The notes under the pieces were generated by a model. That model was not told the DNA's origin. It was given only the letters and a program-made list of their open reading frames with translations, and did no database searches. A stretch of 38,897 nt of DNA, taken from Actinomycetota bacterium. GTDB lineage: Bacteria > Actinomycetota > Actinomycetes > JAKEEW01. The stretch lies in contig JBKOZJ010000025.1 of the NCBI GenBank assembly GCA_046725875.1, positions 1 to 38,897 on the forward strand, written 5' to 3'. The translations under genes were made by a program, and so were the position numbers. Within the stretch, counting starts at the first letter, position 1, and each line of letters starts with the position of its first letter. Positions 36,305 through 38,897 of the stretch are shown one piece after another.

Positions 36305-38479
36305 TCATGCCAAGGCGACCGCGGCGTCGAGTATCACCACGCCTCCTCCATCAGTAGCGCGGCCGGCCCCGCTGCGACCGTCTGTCTTCGGGAGGACGGT
36401 GACCGGGTTGAGGTCGAGCACCGCGTCCGGCGGAAGGGCTGGGATCCCGGCCAGCCGTCCCTCGGCACCTTCGGGCGCAACGAGCGCGCCGACCCGGACG
36501 AGAAGGTCCGCGAGCGCGCCTATATCAGCTGGCGGCCGCCCGCGGGCACCGCGGAGTACGGCCGCACCGCGCAGCTCGGCCAACATCTCCTCAGCATCGG
36601 CGGAACCAACGGGCAGTAGGCGAAACACGGCGTCGTCGAGCACCTCGGTCAGCACTCCGCCGGAACCGAGCGTGATGACCCGGCCGAGCGGCGTCGGCGC
36701 GACACCGACGAGCATCTCGACGCCGCCGATGACCATCTCCTCGGCGTACACACGCCCGCCGAGTGCCGCCAGGTCTTCGTACGCCCGAGGCGCCGTCTCC
36801 GCCGTGACGCCGAGTACGACACCGCCGGCCTCGGTCTTGTGAAGGAGCCCGGGTACGACCGCCTTGAATGCTGCTCGCCCGCCGAGCTCTGGAACGGCCG
36901 CCGCGGCATCCGAACCATCGGCCACTACCCGGCCGCGTGGTACGGGCAGGCCGGCCTGTCGCAGCAGGGCCTTGAGTTCCGGCTCCGTGATCGGCCACTC
37001 CGGTCCGCCCTGAGCCTCTGTCGGCTGACCTATCGAGTGAGGGCGCCCCTCATGCGAAAACAGGGGGCGGCCGGTGGCGGTCAGGGTTACCGACGCGAGT
37101 GCGCGGACCGCTCGCGCTGGTGTCGCATACACCGGAATGCCCGCGGCGCTCAGGGTCGGGCGCGCGTCCGGAGCGAGGAAGTCGGCGCCGGTCCGCGCGA
37201 CGACGACCGACTTGCCGCTGCGCCGGGCGACCCGGCCCAGCCCGGCGAGTATGTGGTCGGCGTCGGCGCCGGTGAGCACGCAGAAGCACCCCAGTATCGA
37301 GTCGACGGCCTCGTCCTCGGCGACGAGGTCAAGGCATCGATTGAAGAGAGTGGGATCCGACATAACCGTCGCGGTGACGTCGACCGGGTTCTCCACCGAC
37401 CCGAAGGCGGGAACGACATCGGCAAGCGCCTCCGTTGTGCGTGGCGACAGCTCGGCAAGTCGCAGCGTGGGCGCGGCCGCGGCAATCGCGTCGGCGGCGA
37501 GGATGCCCGACCCACCGGAGGTGGTCACGACGGCGACGCTGGGGCCACTCGGGCGGCGCATCCTCGAAAAGGCCTCACCGATATCCAAGAGTTCGTCGAC
37601 ATCGGGAGCGCGCGCGATGGCGAGCTGCCGCAGCACGCCGTCGACCACCCGGTCCGTCGCGGCCAGCGCCCCCGTATGGGAGGTCGCGGCGCGCGCCCCG
37701 GCCTCGCTCGTGCCGGCCTTCAGGACAGCGACGGGTTTGCCGAGCCCGGCGAGGCGGCGCCACGCCGGGCCGTCGGTCATGGTTTCGATGTAGCCGAGAA
37801 GGCCGGCGCAGTCGTCGAGTTGGGCAAGTTCGCAGAGCACCTCGACGGCGGTGACATCGGCGTCGTTGCCGGTGTTCACGATCCAGCCGAAGCCAAGACC
37901 GCGCTCGTAGGCGATGCTCACCGTCCCGTAGCCGAGCGCACCGCTCTGGGTCACGAAGCCCAGGCGGCCGTCGCGCATCCGCAAGTCCGGCGCCGAGAAG
38001 AGCGGCGAGAACGACACAACTTGGCGGTTGGCGGCACCGACCGCGCCGATGGAGTTCGGGCCGACCACCCGCACAACGCCGGCACGCGCTCGCCGTACAA
38101 CCTCATCCTGAAGCGCGATCTCGCCGGCCTCGGCGAATCCCGAGGCGCCGACGATGGCGACACGAACGCCGGCCTTGGCACAGTCGTCGATCGCGTCCGG
38201 CACCCTTGGGGCGGCGACGAGCAGCAGCGCCAGATCGACCGGGCCGGGCGCGGCGGCGACCGTTGGATAGCACGTGAGCCCGAGGACGCTCTTGGCGTTG
38301 GGATTCACCGGGAGGATCCGCCCCGGGTAGCCGTAGCGCAGCAAGTGCTCGACCGGCAGCCGGCCGAGTGCGCCTCGCCGCTCGGAAGCCCCGACCACCG
38401 CTATCGACCGGGCCGCCCACAACACCGACAACCCTCTTGGCGCCGACGTCGACTGGTCGGGGGATGGCTCAGTCTGCAC
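36305..38479 (-). CDS. Acyl-CoA synthetase (NDP-forming) / acetate--CoA ligase family
   Basis: SIAVVGAS, PVNP, GPNSIG, TQSGA, SHTGALA (phospho-His), TSGGSG, NPVD, and ATP-grasp HKTEAGGV and LDLNPV. Probable GTG start at 38479. Confidence 0.92.
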   Translation of the reverse strand: MQTEPSPDQSTSAPRGLSVLWAARSIAVVGASERRGALGRLPVEHLLRYGYPGRILPVNPNAKSVLGLTCYPTVAAAPGPVDLALLLVAAPRVPDAIDDCAKAGVRVAIVGASGFAEAGEIALQDEVVRRARAGVVRVVGPNSIGAVGAANRQVVSFSPLFSAPDLRMRDGRLGFVTQSGALGYGTVSIAYERGLGFGWIVNTGNDADVTAVEVLCELAQLDDCAGLLGYIETMTDGPAWRRLAGLGKPVAVLKAGTSEAGARAATSHTGALAATDRVVDGVLRQLAIARAPDVDELLDIGEAFSRMRRPSGPSVAVVTTSGGSGILAADAIAAAAPTLRLAELSPRTTEALADVVPAFGSVENPVDVTATVMSDPTLFNRCLDLVAEDEAVDSILGCFCVLTGADADHILAGLGRVARRSGKSVVVARTGADFLAPDARPTLSAAGIPVYATPARAVRALASVTLTATGRPLFSHEGRPHSIGQPTEAQGGPEWPITEPELKALLRQAGLPVPRGRVVADGSDAAAAVPELGGRAAFKAVVPGLLHKTEAGGVVLGVTAETAPRAYEDLAALGGRVYAEEMVIGGVEMLVGVAPTPLGRVITLGSGGVLTEVLDDAVFRLLPVGSADAEEMLAELRGAAVLRGARGRPPADIGALADLLVRVGALVAPEGAEGRLAGIPALPPDAVLDLNPVTVLPKTDGRSGAGRATDGGGVVILDAAVALA
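37023..37059. repeat. REP-like palindromic repeat, copy D (partial, inside a CDS)
   Basis: GGCTGACCTATCGAG-TGAGGGCGCCCCTCA-TGCGAAA. Shares ACCTATCGAG and TCATGCGAAA with copy A at identical spacing. Confidence 0.7.
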
Positions 38480-38491
38480 GGGCGACCCTTG

Positions 38492-38589
38492 TGCGGGACA
38501 GAACAGCTTTGCGCGCGAAGGACACGCCCACTCGCTCGACCTGTCCCTTTTGTCCAGCAGGTTCGCGCGTAAAGCCGTGCTCTCGCGCA
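38492..38589. repeat. Long imperfect inverted-repeat element upstream of the acyl-CoA synthetase
   Basis: ACAGCTTTGCGCGCGAA (38503-38519) / TTCGCGCGTAAAGCCGT (38562-38578) match 15/17, extendable to 23/28. Confidence 0.7.
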
Positions 38590-38644
38590 GGATGCCGTGA
38601 CCCACGCCGTGCAGGGTGGCGCGGGCCGGTCGATGCTGACGTGA

Positions 38645-38896
38645 TCACGGGAGGACTGCTATTCCGTCGAGTTCGACCAGCGCTTCGGCGTCCCACAGCC
38701 GGGAGACACCAATCAGCGCCATGGCCGGGTAATCACCGCCGATCAGCCAGCGCCAGATGTTGCCGATCTCCGCCGAATGCGCCTTGTAGTCCTGCACGTC
38801 CACCGTGTAGATCGTCACCCGGGTGAGGTGCTCAGGTCCACCGCCGGCGTCGGCCAGCGCAGCGAGCAGGTTGCCGAGCGCTATCTCGAACTGGCC
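38645..38896 (-). CDS. RidA/YjgF/YER057c/UK114 family protein (3' part; not in ORF track)
   Basis: Manual translation: GQFEIALGNLLAALADAGGGPEHLTRVTIYTVDVQDYKAHSAEIGNIWRWLIGGDYPAMALIGVSRLWDAEALVELDGIAVLP*. Confidence 0.88.
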   Translation of the reverse strand, partial: GQFEIALGNLLAALADAGGGPEHLTRVTIYTVDVQDYKAHSAEIGNIWRWLIGGDYPAMALIGVSRLWDAEALVELDGIAVLP

Positions 38897-38897
38897 C

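Overview
High-GC actinobacterial chromosomal segment. The core is the conserved ppa / dacB-Zn-protease-tilS-hpt-ftsH-folE-folP-folB-folK-DUF3180 block. To its left are an orphan NuoD, two bacterial PH-domain membrane proteins (YdbS/YdbT-like), a cytochrome P450, a MidA/NDUFAF7-type methyltransferase, a complete mannose-family PTS (EIIA-D) and an MBL-fold hydrolase. To its right are a TetR/MFS pair, a hydroxyproline-degradation-type cluster, a class F sortase with a likely substrate, DUF72, a secreted GH15 glucodextranase-like enzyme, an NDP-forming acyl-CoA synthetase and a partial Rid protein. I saw no rRNA, tRNA, CRISPR array or transposase. The most notable observations are: (1) a dispersed family of 15-bp palindromic REP-like repeats with compensatory changes, with one copy in-frame inside a protein, one possibly so, and one supplying a stop codon; (2) an orphan NuoD (quinone-site Tyr replaced by Trp) close to its predicted arginine methyltransferase; (3) the Zn-protease gene inverted within the dacB-tilS block; (4) a hairpin-bridged Shine-Dalgarno in front of ftsH; (5) a Man-family PTS with no adjacent catabolic or regulatory genes; (6) two ~95-bp long-IR elements. 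All family assignments are by motif recognition, not database searches.
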